From: Eledone cirrhosa
Lineage: Eukaryota
Direction of reading: 5' to 3'
Assembly (NCBI GenBank): GCA_964016885.1
Contig: OZ024743.1
Span: forward strand, 285,386,001 to 285,450,000
DNA: 64,000 bases
Shown piece by piece: positions 27,316 to 40,909 of this stretch. Under the pieces are notes generated by a model that saw only the letters and a list, made by a program, of their open reading frames with translations, had not been told where the DNA came from and ran no database searches. The translations under genes were made by a program, and so were the position numbers. How positions within the stretch are numbered: the first letter of the stretch is position 1; the number at the start of each line of letters is the position of its first letter.

Positions 27316-28574
27316 ATAATAAAATCTTATTTTTCATATATGTATGTGTATATCATCATCATTATCATCATTACTTTTACATCTACTTTTCAATCATTGT
27401 ATGTATTGGACATGTCACCAATTGTCACATTCCTTTGTCATCTCCTTCACGACATTTAGCATCTTAAGTTTAGTATTCATCGCTTCTGTCCAGGTCTTTC
27501 TTGGTCTTGATCTTCCTCTTCTACATCTTTACTGAACTGCCATCATTAACACACATTATTTGTCTATACTAATACAGTCTTTTCTCCTGCACACTTTTAA
27601 TTTATTTTATAAGTAGTTTTTAACTCAATACATCTGTGCCATGTCCTTTATTCCCACTAACATCCAACAGAGCATGTTTGCTTCATTTCTTTCCAACTTG
27701 TGCATATCCTTTGCATTCAATGCCCATATTTTACTACCATGTAACATTGCACTTCATACACAAGCATAATAAAATGGTATATTTTCAGAAGGAAACCTAA
27801 ATATTGTTACATTTATCTGCTTCTTCACTACCAACTTCCCAAAAAACACTTTGACCCACTCATGTGGAAAGGTGAGTCTTCTGTAGTATGGCAAATCGAC
27901 AATTAACCCAGTACTGCTTCATCTCCTTCAGGAGGTTTAGCTTCATGAGTCCAGCCTTCACCACATCATTTCAAGTTTTTCTAGGTCTTCTTTTCCGCAA
28001 GATTTATATATATATTATATGTGTGTGAGTGTGTGTACATATATTTATAAACAATCACATGCCACCCACGCAAATATATCTTACAGATAGATAAAGATAC
28101 AAATAATCTACTTGACTAAAATAAAGAACTTAAGAATATTATCAAGCTTTGTAATGGAATTCTCAGTCCCAATCTATATGAAGATTATGTTCATGACCCG
28201 AGTTTGCTGTGTCTTAATAGTGAGTGTCTATATAGTATATATTATAAAGGAGTTCCTTGAAGGAAGGCCTTGTTAAGGTAAAGGCAATCAAGCTTTGTAG
28301 AGCTTTGTTCTTCTGCAAGTTACACATAAAAGCTAAAGAAATACTTCTCAATAACAGTGCTCCTTTTGCTTACAACATAGAGATAATATCTAGTATATAG
28401 ACTACTCCAGTGAAAGCTAAATGTTTTAGATGTGCCAATAGTGCAGTATGAAGAATTAGTTATGAAACAATCTTTATGTGTAATGTGGAGCCACGACTAT
28501 TCAACCAGATTTGATCCCACTTAAAATGATATTCTATGATAAATTGTGTAAAATATGGGAAAAGTTTTCCTTAC

Positions 28575-28660
28575 TGTATCCAAATAATTGTGTAGAATCC
28601 TTGTTATTACTTCAGCAGAATGGGGTGCCAACTCTGAGGGTTTCACTACAGCGCAGTTAC
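28575..28660 (-). CDS. ALDH3: ALDH3-like exon 5 (GNCAVVKPSELAPHSAEVITRILHNYLDT)
   Basis: GN-x-x-V-x-KPSE cofactor-binding motif; phase 1/0, AG/GT. Confidence 0.96.
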
Positions 28661-28699
28661 CTAGCAATTTGAAATTTAAAGAAACGGAAGGAATATATT

Positions 28700-29233
28700 T
28701 GTACATACATACATACATAATGGCTGCAAACTTTGCTCAGAGTATTGCAATCGCTTGTCAGATTATAGAGTTTGGTGCATTTTTAGGCTATAGCCAGCGA
28801 CACGAACCTGTAACATATCCTGAACAAGCAATGCTTGTGCTTTGAAGGTTTTTTAAGTGGGGAAAGGCCTTGCACTCGACCAATCTCACTCTCTGAGCAT
28901 CGAAAACACCACCCGAAAAGGAGAACTGGTCAACATCATTGGATGCTTTCGAAGCTGCAGGTTTTTTTTTTCAGAGTTTCCCTCTCCTAGAAAGGTGTTG
29001 TGACAACAACTGGGGGCCATTCACTCCCAGGTGAAAAAAAAACAAAAAGAAAAAACCCTACTATTTGAATGGCCATTGACTCTGCTGTGTTCCTCCGCCC
29101 TTTGCCGGGTCTTGTATTTCATCCCCCTCACCAAGAAAGTTTGGTGGGGTTGCCGGTTTAGTCGCTGACAACCTGACCATGAGACAGGTTGTATTGGGTT
29201 ACATGTTACCAGTAGTGCTCGAGAGCGACCTGA
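28700..29233 (-). mobile_element. Unclassified repeat, possibly an RTE 5'UTR-like segment, flanked by (CATA)n
   Basis: Minus strand contains CTAGGAGAGGGAAACTCTGA, reminiscent of RTE leader motifs; GC-richer than flanks. Confidence 0.35.
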
Positions 29234-29582
29234 CATACATACATACAGTGGCGGACTGGGTCTAAAAATATTGGTTGCCAGGAGATGAAGGGGGCCCACC
29301 TACATAGAGAATGCTATCATTTAATTTTTATAATGAATAAATAACATTTTCGAAAAATAAGTAAGTGAAAACAAAACAGTGCAATCAAATTTTTGCTGAA
29401 AAATATCTTACCTTCTCCAATAAAAAATATTATATATTTTGCGCAATCCAGACTTTCAATAATGACCAGAAGTTGACCCTAAATATTACTAATAGCTCTA
29501 GGAAAGCCATGAACGACAAAAACGTCTTTTTAACTTTGATTTTGAAAGTAAGTTTATAATTATCAATTTTCATTATACTTTT

Positions 29583-29660
29583 GTAGCTGTCTCGGTGGCC
29601 TAGTTGGAGGAATCATAGCCGGTGGTGACCCTGGTCTGAAGTTCGATCCTGGTCGGTAGT
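29583..29660 (+). ncRNA. tRNA-like Pol III unit (left member of a convergent pair)
   Basis: A box TGGCCTAGTTGG, B box GTTCGATCC, upstream TTATAA, downstream T-runs. Confidence 0.5.
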
Positions 29661-29730
29661 AGGGTTCCCATTAAACCTTTTCAGTTTTTTTCTATTGGTT
29701 GTAAAATAAAAACTGAAAGAGGTTACATGT

Positions 29731-29806
29731 ACCTCTTGACCAGGATTGAACCCAAGGCCAGGGTCTCCACCATCTCTAGTAACTACCACTAGGCTACAGA
29801 GACTAC
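29731..29806 (-). ncRNA. tRNA-like Pol III unit (right member of a convergent pair)
   Basis: Minus strand: GTCTCTG TAGCCTAGTGG...GGTTCAATCC TGGTCAAGAGG, upstream TTATAA, downstream T-run. Confidence 0.5.
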
Positions 29807-29979
29807 AAAAATCTTACGAAAATTCATACTTATAAACCTCCTTTCAAAATTTTCAAAACAAAGTTTTGTGGTGGCGTTCATGTCTTTCTTGGTGTTATTG
29901 CTCCTGCTTAAGGTTGACTTCTAAATCATTTCGGTGTTCCATAAACTACATCCTCATTTTGTTTCACATCTATCTAGAC

Positions 29980-30319
29980 CAGTGCTACTCAAAGTGGTGG
30001 TCCGCGGACCGGTGACGGTACACGAGCCATCAGCTACCGGTACGCGGCCTTTCACATTAGTAAAGATTAAGGTTATATAATTTTTATTTTTGTGTTAATA
30101 AACTGCTTGTTATTTTTTTTATTACTTTTTTTATATGTTTTGATATTGTATTATTTGTTTACAAAATAAATAGAAGAAAAAAAATGGTCAACTTTTATTA
30201 TATTCATTATATATATCGTTTCCGGTATAAATTAATATTACTATGAAATATTAGCGGTACGTGGCACATCGAAAAAAAAAAATGCCGGTCCGCCACATCA
30301 GATAGTTTGAGAAGCACTG
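29980..30319. mobile_element. hAT (Charlie-like) MITE nested in the previous element
   Basis: TIRs CAGTGCT(A/T)CTCAAA; perfect 8-bp TSD ATCTAGAC (29972-29979 and 30320-30327). Confidence 0.9.
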
Positions 30320-30362
30320 ATCTAGACTATATTTTAACCTGTAATCCATGTTTCATTTCTGT

Positions 30363-30421
<59 letters not shown>

Positions 30422-31589
30422 ATATATCTATATATCTATATCTATCTATATATATATACACACACCACCTTCACCAGTAATTCACTTAACAGATGTCTTT
30501 AACCCATTGATAACCAATATTATTTGGTCAGTAGTTCCTGTATAAGTATATAAAAATATATATATACATATGCTTGTGTGACTGTCTCTATATATGTATG
30601 TTTGAATGCATGAATGAATACACTAAGCTTTAGATTTAATAGAATGTACAACCACTCATTCCAGCTATTTGCACTATGGTATATTTTGGTTTCTAGTAAT
30701 TCCCTGGGGAATTGGTTGACTAAATGCTTTGCTTAATTGTTTTATTTTTTTATTTTTTTAAAATTTTATCCTTTCTCTTAGATTTCAGGTATTTTTTGAA
30801 AGCAAAGCATTGACCTCTAAAATATTAGTGGGCCCTGCAATGCTACTGTGGGCCCCTGCAATGCCACTTGGGCCCCCTGGGGCCCACTTGCCATTGCGCA
30901 ACCTGGCAACCTGGCCAGTCCGTCACTGCATACATACACACACACACATACACACATACATATATACATGCATACATGCATACATGCATACATACATACA
31001 CACACGCATACATACATACATACATAGATACATACATTCATACGTACATACATAACTTCATAAGTAAAGTGATGTTTGGAACATTAAATAATAAAAATTT
31101 CTTAAATAAAATTATGATGGAGTGTTTTAATATAAATAGAAACACTTTAAAATGAGCAGGTTTTTACCATTAAACCAAGGTGGTTTCAGGCAGATTGGTA
31201 ACAAAAGGATTAAAATTAAGAGCTAGACAAACAAGATAACATATAGTAGATCATTTTAGCCCTTTAGTATTTAAACCGGCCTTATCGGACCAGAATTCTC
31301 TCACCTCTTTCTGTTGAAAGTGGCTGTAACTGGCCACTCATATCGACATTAAGGTATTTTTCTCAAAATAAATAATATCGAAATTTCGTTGATTCGATAT
31401 TATGTGAGATAATTATGTGAGATAATGCCTTTACCATGAAAACATTAATAAATATAGAGTAATGTAAATACTAAAGGGTTAAGGCAATTCCAAATAATTG
31501 TCTATAGATTTATTTTGTTTTCCTAATAGAATTAATTTTTTTTTGTTGCTCAGTTGACTGAATAAAAGTAAGAGTTTGTGATTACTCAC

Positions 31590-31725
31590 CTGCTGCTATG
31601 GCCCCAATTAAAGGTAAAATGCACAGCTGGAAGGGATAGTTCCAAGCCCCCATTATTAGAACAACACCTAAAGGTTCAGGTTTAATGTAGCAGTCATCCA
31701 GAATGTTTAGCAAACCTCGTTCAAC
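31590..31725 (-). CDS. ALDH3: ALDH3-like exon 4 ([46 protein letters not shown])
   Basis: Hallmark EPLGVVLI-x-GAWNYP...GAIAAG; cacAG acceptor, GTGAGT donor. Confidence 0.97.
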
Positions 31726-34539
31726 CTGTGGTTAATGTTAGAAAATGTAGAAAAAGATAGAGATATTTTAGATTAGCATATTAGAATATTGCATAATTCA
31801 TAAAAAACAACATAATGATGATGATGGTGAGGATTTGTTGCATTAGCACAAAAACACAAATCTGAAAGGAGAATGATATAGCTGTTTTAATGGACCATAG
31901 TATATGATTGGTACTTATTTTATAAGTCAGGAAGTGATGAAAGAAATAAAATCAACACTTGTCACATTAAAACTCAAAATATAGAAGGACTAAATTCTGA
32001 AAGGGAAAGATGAAAGGAAAGAATGGAAAGGGAGGAAAGAAAAACGAAAATTTTTTCATAATGGCTACAAAAATTTGTTTTCTTTTCTCTATAAATGAAA
32101 GCAATACATTGAATATCATACATGGACATGCCCACAAAGTAAAAAAACAGCACAGTTCCCATGACTTTCGGAAACATTTTTTCACGCTCAGAGTTGCTGA
32201 AGCATGGAACAAACTACCTGCATCAGTTGTTAGCTGTCGAGACACTGCATCCTTTAAGGCCTCCATGCTTCCCGAGATCCGCCAACACTACAGCTAACAC
32301 ATACACACATGTACTTCCCTGACATTTGTGTATTATTCTATGTACTATACATATACCTTTGACGAGTTGTAGTGCACCTGAGCACTTTACACAATAATTT
32401 CATTATTATATATATACATGCATACAGCACCAATATAACTGTTGAACATTGATTTCATTTAACATGTATAAATAAATATGCTGCAACTGTTAAACTTTTA
32501 TTCTTGTGTCTGTTTTGTATAACATGCATTCACATATAATATTTTACCTCACATATACAAACATCATTTGTGGAATATTCACTTTTGTTACTCCTAGTTA
32601 CATAGTTGCAATAAAGACAATACATTCACCAAAATCTGTAAATTCTGTAGACCTAAGCTGCTATCAAATTTTATCTTGTTCTATCTAACTTTTCATCTTG
32701 TTTTACTTTGTAAGTCCATTGAAAAAAAAACAAGTTTTTGTGAAACCAGTATGGAAGTTTGATAAAAAGAAAATATTAAAAACTGTTTGAAGACCCCAAG
32801 TGCATTTTCGACTTAAAAAAGACATTTTCTTATATTTCTATTTGTGTGGAAGAAAACATTTCCTCTACATCACCATTATCTTTATGTCTACTTTTTATGT
32901 TTGCATTTGTTATTATTAGTGACTGTTTACGTTGAAGTTTAGTTGAAACTAATGGTTTCTGATTTGAGAAAGGTTGGCATCAAGAAAGTAATCCAGCCAT
33001 AAAGACAGCCACAAAATGTCTCATTTAACCTATACCAACATGGAAAAGTGAACACAAACACTGTAATGATGATGAGGGTGATGATGTTGGTGACAACACT
33101 AATTAACACACAAGTAAAACAAAAAGTGTTGGGATTTATATAGTGTTTTGCCAATTGATTCAAATGATGATTTAAATTATGCTCTCAAATAGAAATCTTG
33201 ATGAAAACTATTAAAAAAATCTTCATCCACTTCAAACATTAAATTACAATCATAAATAGACATGAACACCAATTGTTTTCAGAAAATTTTGCTGAAATTC
33301 AGAAAATGGAATTTATATCAATAATAACAGTCAATGTTTATTTTAATCTTGTTAATATTTTAAGTTGCTTAACTGATTTACCAAAGTGTTAAAGGCTGTT
33401 TAAACAAATCTCTTCATTCATCCTCTGCTCTGATTACCATGTCTCCAAAACCAATTTAATCATAATCATATTTAATTTGTTTGTTAAATCTAAGTCTAAA
33501 CAATAATTAGTTCTGTAAATTAGTCTTTTCAGACTGCTTATTGGTTTAATTAGTTTCAATAATGTTGCTGTTATTTGTGACAAACAGGTTGCAGTGATGC
33601 AATCAAGACAATTTATGCCAGTGTAGAAAACACTGTAATTTGGTATTTTTGCTAGAAAATTGTCTCCAAGGTTAGTCCTTCTAGTACTTAGTCCAATACA
33701 GTTATAGTGAGGACAATAGACAGTCGGCTCGCAGCCAAACCAAACAATCGACTTCTTATGTAAAATTTCAAGGTCAAAAACCCATGACTACAGTCTGTGT
33801 CTAACTAGTCAAATAACATGACAATCAATTGGTATTTTATATATATCACACCAGTGAAATAAATACTGTCAATTGCTGGTTGTTTCAAAATCAGAGATAT
33901 CAAACTCTAAGTATATGATGAGTTCTGATGATGCTGTATTTCTAGTGTTTTTTAGCAATGTAAGAGGAATAATGCAAAAGAAATTCTGTATGAATTAGGA
34001 AAGAATATTTTGCAGGGTTAATTTTGATTAAAAAAAATGGAATTTTCAATTATATAGAAAAAGTTAAGTCAATGTTTTTTTTTTTAAATACATAAAATTG
34101 GAATTTTAATAATTAAATAAAATGAAACTTTTCTTTTATTAATAAGTGTAACCTATAAATATTTATTTGACAGACACAGTTAGTTCGATTATTTGATGCC
34201 CCAGGAGATGTTTTCAGAACACTATTTTAAATATATTATAGATAATAATACTACTGGTAATATGTATGTATCTTATTTGGTAGACAATAGTACTTTAAAT
34301 TCATAAGTCAGTTAGTTTCAAACAATTTCGTTTTTATTCCATATTATAAAATAAAAATGCAGACAATAAATCAATTCCCAGTTGTATAAATAACATTACA
34401 AATATTGATGGAAATATAAAAGAAAAAGAAAAAAAGAAAAAAAAGGTAAAAACAAAACTAAGCAACAAACAGAGGGGGGGGGGGGGGTGTAAAAAGGGCA
34501 GATCTGATTGTATAAGAAAGTAGGAGAAAGGACTATAAA

Positions 34540-34862
34540 TGCCATAAATGAGAGGAAAAGGAGGGGGAAAGCAAGGACTATGAGGCCATGGAAGAAAGGG
34601 AGGGGAAAGAGGAGAGGTTGATAGGCTCTATGCCTGGGATGGGGCGATGTTTAGGCTGTGCCCTACGGACAAAACTGCAAAGGCATTTCTGCGGACAATG
34701 ACCAGTGACAACCGCTGGAACAGCCACCCCACCTCACGGGGTTCCCTGCTCAGACAGGCTGCTGATGATCTGATTTTACGGAGGAGCTCGGCTATATGTG
34801 GCCCAAAGATGCTTGATGTCTTGACAGCAACCAGTGCTAAGAAGAAACAGCCGGACAAGCAT
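34540..34862 (-). mobile_element. CRE-like non-LTR retrotransposon 3' fragment
   Basis: FLALVAVKTSSIFGP..LLRKI...EPREVGWLFQRLSLVIVRRNAFAVL resembles the CRE-clade C-terminus (QRLS-x-A-x-QRGNA). Confidence 0.65.
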
Positions 34863-36046
34863 GTTTCAGTTACTTAAAACAATGAACTGTCACTATGCAT
34901 GGTACCTATTTACAGCTAGATGTACTGGGCCAGCAAATGATAAGTATCTTTACCAGTAACACAGTGAAGCATTAATAATAGGACATGAGATATGAACTCT
35001 TCAACAGGTAAGTAACTAAACAGCATATATCTTTAGCTCATACTTGTTATTAGATAGATACAGATTATGGTTGACTACTACTTAAACGTAATGTCTGATT
35101 ATCAGTTTATGAAACACGCCATATAGATGTTGACTTAATAGAAAAGACATCTAGATCTTCAGCCTAAAGAAGATTATTAATTAAACTACTGAGTTTGCTA
35201 CTGAAGAAGATAATAATATATACATCTAATTAGACATTACTGAGTTCAATTCCCAGAGAAAGCTTATTTGGCTTCAAAGTTGATAAAAAAAATATCAATA
35301 GAGTGAAGCATTATATCTGCATAAAACTGAATTTTTTCTGACTTTTAAATAATTTTTTGGAAAGATGACTTCAATGTCATTTAGGTTCATACTAAATTTA
35401 GATTTTGCATTTTTTCCCTTTTGTTTTCAAGAATTAGTATTTCATAAAACCCTATTCTTCAATATAGGTTATATAACTGTTTTATTTACTTGCTATTCAC
35501 TTCTATGTATCATATACTTTCTTTACATGGGTTAGTTAGTTTCAACTAAGCTCTATTTAGTTTGTTAGGGGTAGAAATTAAAACAAGATTAAATCAATTG
35601 TTACAAAAATTGGTAAATTCACTCTAGTCAATGCCAATTTTCTCAGTCAAATCCTTGTAGGTAAGTCAAGAAAGTATAAATCTAGGCAAGTTTGCCCTAA
35701 GAAAGGAAAACAAATATTTGGCAAGCATACCATCCATATCATATCTGGTTCTTCATAAGACTTGAGATTTTACAACCTTCTACTCTTGCGAGTTTTTCCT
35801 CCATATTATATCAAATATAATGTTATCAATGCATGGACAGATTGTCAATCACTTTAAATAGTTTACAACACATATGTATCAGTTATTCATTTGTATGTGC
35901 ATCTTGCATAGACTGGCATTGTCATTAATGAGTACTTACCCAACAGCTTCAATAAACAACAGAAAGAGTGGTGTGGCATATTGCCATGTATTTTAAGTTT
36001 TACTTCAGGAAATGTAAAAATATATGTAAAGAAAAAAATGATTTAC

Positions 36047-36142
36047 TTTTTCTGGTTTCATCCATTCCTTAAGGTTGATCATAGCATCTAGTGCTTCCTT
36101 CTGGGCAAAAATCACTTCAAAAAACATTGTTTCATTTTTGGG
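36047..36142 (-). CDS. ALDH3: ALDH3-like exon 3 (PKNETMFFEVIFAQKEALDAMINLKEWMKPEK)
   Basis: AG/GT boundaries, 96 nt, phase 0/0; NL-x-EW-x-KP motif typical of ALDH3. Confidence 0.92.
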
Positions 36143-37295
36143 CTGTACATATCACCAATGATGTAATGAAAATAAACAAAAACGAAACCCTCAAATCAAA
36201 TAATATAACAGCATTAAATACGCAGGTAAAATAGCTCAACAATTAAAACATATATAACTTGAATTTGTTTTTAATTTTGATTTTTTTAGTAATGGTTAGG
36301 TATAGGGCTCATAATTGTAAGGTTGTGGGTTCAATCTGCAAGTTTCCTTGCATTAATTCCTTGAGCCAAGCACTTCATTTCACATTGCCCCAATTCACTC
36401 AGCTGAAAAAATGAGTACCAGCTGCAGTAGCTGTAAACTTATCTTGCAATGAAGTGACACCCCAGCCAGGAAACAGACTTGTACTCTATCACTTAACACC
36501 TCATGAAATTAAGATAAAACCCAACCTGTTGAATCTCAAGACAGACTGTTTAGAGAGGAAAGATTTTTCAATATTTACATCATCTACACATTTTGTACAG
36601 CTTGATCTCTAATCATCATTAGATATTTGAACTAGGACTAAGAATCATTATTTCTAAATTTCAGACAATAATGTCCTTATTGATTAGGTCACTAAATATA
36701 AATGAAGATATTAAAAAAGAAATCTTTTACTCCTAAAGATAAGATTCATCATCACCATCTAACGTCTAATTTCCATGCTTACATGGGTTAGACGGTCAGG
36801 TGACCATGTCTTGCTCATATACTCCATTTTGGGTTTAGTTTCTGACTAGATGATAACCACTTTACAACATGTATTGGAAGCATTTTATCATGATTTCAGC
36901 ACTGCCACCTTACAGAGTAAACTAGGTGTTTTTTTTTGTTGTTGCATCAGCACCACCACCTTACAAGGTGGACTGGGTGTTTTTTGTCATGACATCAGCA
37001 CTTTGTAGAGTGAGAGTGGGCTAGGTGCATTTTTACAATGACACCAGCACTGGGGAGGTATTGATGGAGTGGGATGTAAAATGAAAAGGATAATGTTGCA
37101 TGCTGCTTGCTTAGAGAGTAGGGGTTATACCACCATGGAAGAAGATGCATTGGATCATGAAGATGATCTTGAAGAAAGTTAGTTACATTTGACAATGTTT
37201 ATATATTTAGACAGTTTTATTTCAAATATTCACAAAACATATTAATACAAATGGTATAGATTTAGATACATTATAAAGAATTCAGAAATACTTAC

Positions 37296-37439
37296 TCTGT
37301 GCAAATCTTTCATAAGAGCATCTTGGATATCTTGTTGACATTCACTCAACATTTTCATAATTTTAGACAGCTGGCGAAGTCTCCATTCCACAGGAAATGT
37401 ACAACCAGTAGAAAAAGACTGCCGTAGTTCTTTGACTAT
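37296..37439 (-). CDS. ALDH3: ALDH3-like exon 2 (IVKELRQSFSTGCTFPVEWRLRQLSKIMKMLSECQQDIQDALMKDLHR)
   Basis: tttttctgtAG acceptor, GTAAGT donor, 144 nt open; matches the ALDH3 N-terminal helices (R-x-F-x-G...R-x-x-QL...DL). Confidence 0.92.
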
Positions 37440-38086
37440 CTACAGAAAAAGACAATTTAAATAAGAATTCTTTAAAATTCTATTTCAAAATGATATTGTG
37501 TATAACAATAACAAGAAACAAGAAATAGATGAGATTTGAGCTCTTATCTTCTGGTTAAAATTCAGTTACATCTTTATTATTATTTTTCTCCCAGGCCTTT
37601 ACTCTTTTACCTGTTTCAGCCATCCGGCTGAGGCCATGCTGGGGCACCGCCATTTATCTTTTTTCTTATCATTTTGAGAAGCAAATCTTTGACTCTATCT
37701 TTAAACTAAACTTAACCCTTTAACATTTACATTAATCTACATTTACTATTATATTTTCATGGTGAAGTTAGCTCATATCGAATCTATGAGATTTTAATGT
37801 TATTTATTTTGAGAACAATACCTTAACATCAGTATGAGTGGCCGGTTACAGCCAGTTTGAATAGAAAAAGGTGAAAGGATTTTGGCTAGATATGGCCTGT
37901 TTAAATGCTAAACGGTTAATACTAAATAAGAAAATGAGATTAAATCATACATGAAGTTTGAGTGGTTATCAGAGTTTTCTCCACTCTTTTTCATTAAAAT
38001 ATTTTTGTAGGATCGACAGTTTATTTAATTTTTAACTTCTAACTCATTCTTTCATTTATTTTATGACAGAAATCATCATCATCATC

Positions 38087-38118
<32 letters not shown>

Positions 38119-38955
38119 CATCACCAATTATCGTCCATTTTTCCATGCTAGCATGGGTTAGACGAGTTGTCCCATTTGAGACAACTCAGGTCAGGTGACT
38201 GTGTCTTGCTCCTATAGAAATGTTTCTGGCTTGGTTTCTATGGCTGAATGCCCTTCCTAACTCCAACCACCTTAGAATGTTATCTCCATAATTTTCTGAC
38301 AAATTTCAATGCTTCAAAGTTTTTCAACAATTTCTGATTAATTTCAACATTCCTATGATTTAAAGATTTTTGTCTTCTTTTAGGCCTTGATATACAATAC
38401 TAAAGTACACCTCACTATCTATTAAGAATCTTTCATTGTAAAGTATAATTTTCATCCATCTATCCATTCATTTACTTTATTGTTGTTGAATACTGGATTG
38501 AAAATTCCGTTAATTCCAAAAAGAATCATTGAGGTTGCCAATGCATGGTTGCTCAACCTGCTAGAAATAAGAAGCAAATGTCCCTTACAATCTATGCCTT
38601 ACTATAAAAGGAGAAAAGGCGATATTGGTAAATGTTGTCTGGCATACACTATTCCAGAATAAAAGACATTACAGTCATGGTTGGAATAACCTATGATCAA
38701 AGATTTGTCGATTCTATCAGGGCTGACCTGGGGCTAAACAACAACAACACAGTGGAAACAGTTTACCAATACACTAAAGTACTTGGAAGCACATTCTATT
38801 ATAATTTTACTTTTTCCTATATTTTCATACAAACCCTACGTAGTTATTTATGTGAGAACATTTGTTAAGTACAATTACATTATACAGATTAAGCATCAGT
38901 ATGTATTTTACTATGTAAGTGTTTGGGTATGTGTGTATAATGATGATACTGATGG

Positions 38956-38995
<40 letters not shown>

Positions 38996-40909
38996 AGTGG
39001 TGGTGATGATGGTGATGGTGGTGGTTTTGGTGGTGGTGATGATGATGGTGGTGGTGGGGTGGTGATGATGATGGTGATGGTGGTGATTTTGGTGGTGGTG
39101 ATGATGATGGTGGAGGTGGTGGTGGTCATGATGATGATGATGATAGCATCAACAATAGCAATGACAAATGATAACAATGATGAAAGCCATCTACTTTCTC
39201 AACATGCTACCATGCTACTTGTTAGTCCAACATGTCCAGAAGCCACAGGTATTAGAAACAAGTCACCAGAAATGGTATAACTAGTGATCAAACCTACATT
39301 ACAATTATAGCATGTAGTTATTTCTTAGTATGCTATGACTGAAAAAACGGATGGCTTTCATCATTGTTATCCTTTGCCATTACCATTGCCATTGTTGCCA
39401 TCATCATCATCATCATCATCATCATTAATTATTTTATTGACCCTGCAAAGATGAAAGGCAAAGCTAACCTCAGCAGGATTTGAACTCAGAACGTAAAGAG
39501 CTGAACAAATACTGCTAAGCATCTGTCCGGCGCTCTAACTACTCTGCCAACATTGGAAATTGAAACTAGTTTACTGACTTGTTTCAACTGATCAGGAGCT
39601 TACTTTTATACTCAGCAGTACATGTGTATATCAAGGGAATGAATATATATATGATCACTTGAATTACTAGAAATAGCAGCTAAACTTCTTGAAATCACAT
39701 GTTAATGTCTTTAAAAAGATGTACCACACGAGATAATATGGTCCTAGATGCACAGTGTTGGAATAAAATAGATGGCCATGGCTAGAATGCTTTTGATCAT
39801 AAGTTTCATTGAGCAGTGAGCAACTCATCAACTCATCATACAATTGACAGCTCATCTATTAATAAAAGACACCCACACAATTCGATAGGAAGTTAGAGAG
39901 AGAGAGAGAGAGAGCAAGAGAGAGTAAGAAAGAGAGAGAGAGAAGGGGAGAGAAAGAGAGAGAGAGAGGGAGAGAGAGAGTGAAAGAGAGAAAGAGAAAA
40001 TGACATTGTTTCTCTACAGTTGGAAACATGGTAATTAAGGTAAGGTGGTGCAGTGTAAGTAACAAAGTCCAAAAACAAAGATTAATTTCATTTGAAATGA
40101 GTTGAACCTTGTTGACACTTGTTGAACCTAGTATCTATTGAAGCTTGGGAAGTATTGAGGCCAGAGAAGAGGCAGGAAAAAGAGACACACTGTTATAGTG
40201 TTGTCCTTAAACATAATACTATCTTGGGAAAAGAGACTGATAAAAAAATAATAATATTAATCAAAATATCAGCAACAAAAGGCAGCAACAAAATAAAACA
40301 AACAGAGAATTCCAGAAAGTGAAGGAGGTGGAGTGGTTCTTGACAACCTTGGAGGAAAGAGTAATAGTTGCAGTGCAGTAGTAGTAGTAAGAGTAGCAGT
40401 GGTTGTCATAGTAATCACAGTAGTTATTGTTGTTGTTGTTGTGGCTGTGGCTGTGGCAGTAGCGGTGGTGGTGGTGGTGGTGGTGGTGGTGGTGGTGATT
40501 TTTTTGGCAACAGTATTGGTAGTGGAGGTGGTGGCAGTGGTGTCAAACGCCAGCAGCGAAGGTGGCAGCAGTGACTGAAGAGGAAGAACGGAGGAAGGTG
40601 GGGCATGAAGAAGAGAAGGACGAAGAAAGAGGATGGGACAGAGGATGAGGAGTCAAGAACTGAAGAGGACAGAGAAAGAGAGAGGAGAGAAATGAAGGAA
40701 CTGAAGAAGAAAGAAGATGAGGCAAAAAAGAAAAAGGAAGAGGAAGAGGCAAGGAGGAGGAAGAAGAAGAAAGACGAGGAAGAGCAAGAGGAGCGACGGA
40801 AAAGGGAAAAGAGAGAAAAAGAAGAGATAAGGAGGAAGAAGAGAAAGAAATAGCAATGTGGCTGATGTGAGTGAATAATTATGTCAGTATATTTTATACA
40901 CCCCTTTCA

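Larger units (their letters stand above)
29246..30928. mobile_element. Non-autonomous hAT-type transposon
   Basis: TIRs CAGTGGCGGACTGG / CCAGTCCGTCACTG; 8-bp TSD CATACATA on both sides; GGGCCC subterminal repeats. Confidence 0.85.

Noticed and set aside
28700-29233. HDV-like ribozyme in the putative RTE leader
   Set aside because: Could not identify the nested double pseudoknot (L3 UCCUCG-like, P1.1, J4/2) by eye; needs an RNAMotif search.
29583-29806. Functional tRNA genes
   Set aside because: Anticodon arms do not form canonical cloverleaves; treated as tRNA-like units only.
40333-40856. Val-rich and Glu/Lys/Arg-rich ORFs
   Set aside because: Low-complexity (GGT)n/(GAA)n sequence; the same applies to 24256-24744, 38783-39280 and 42882-43235.
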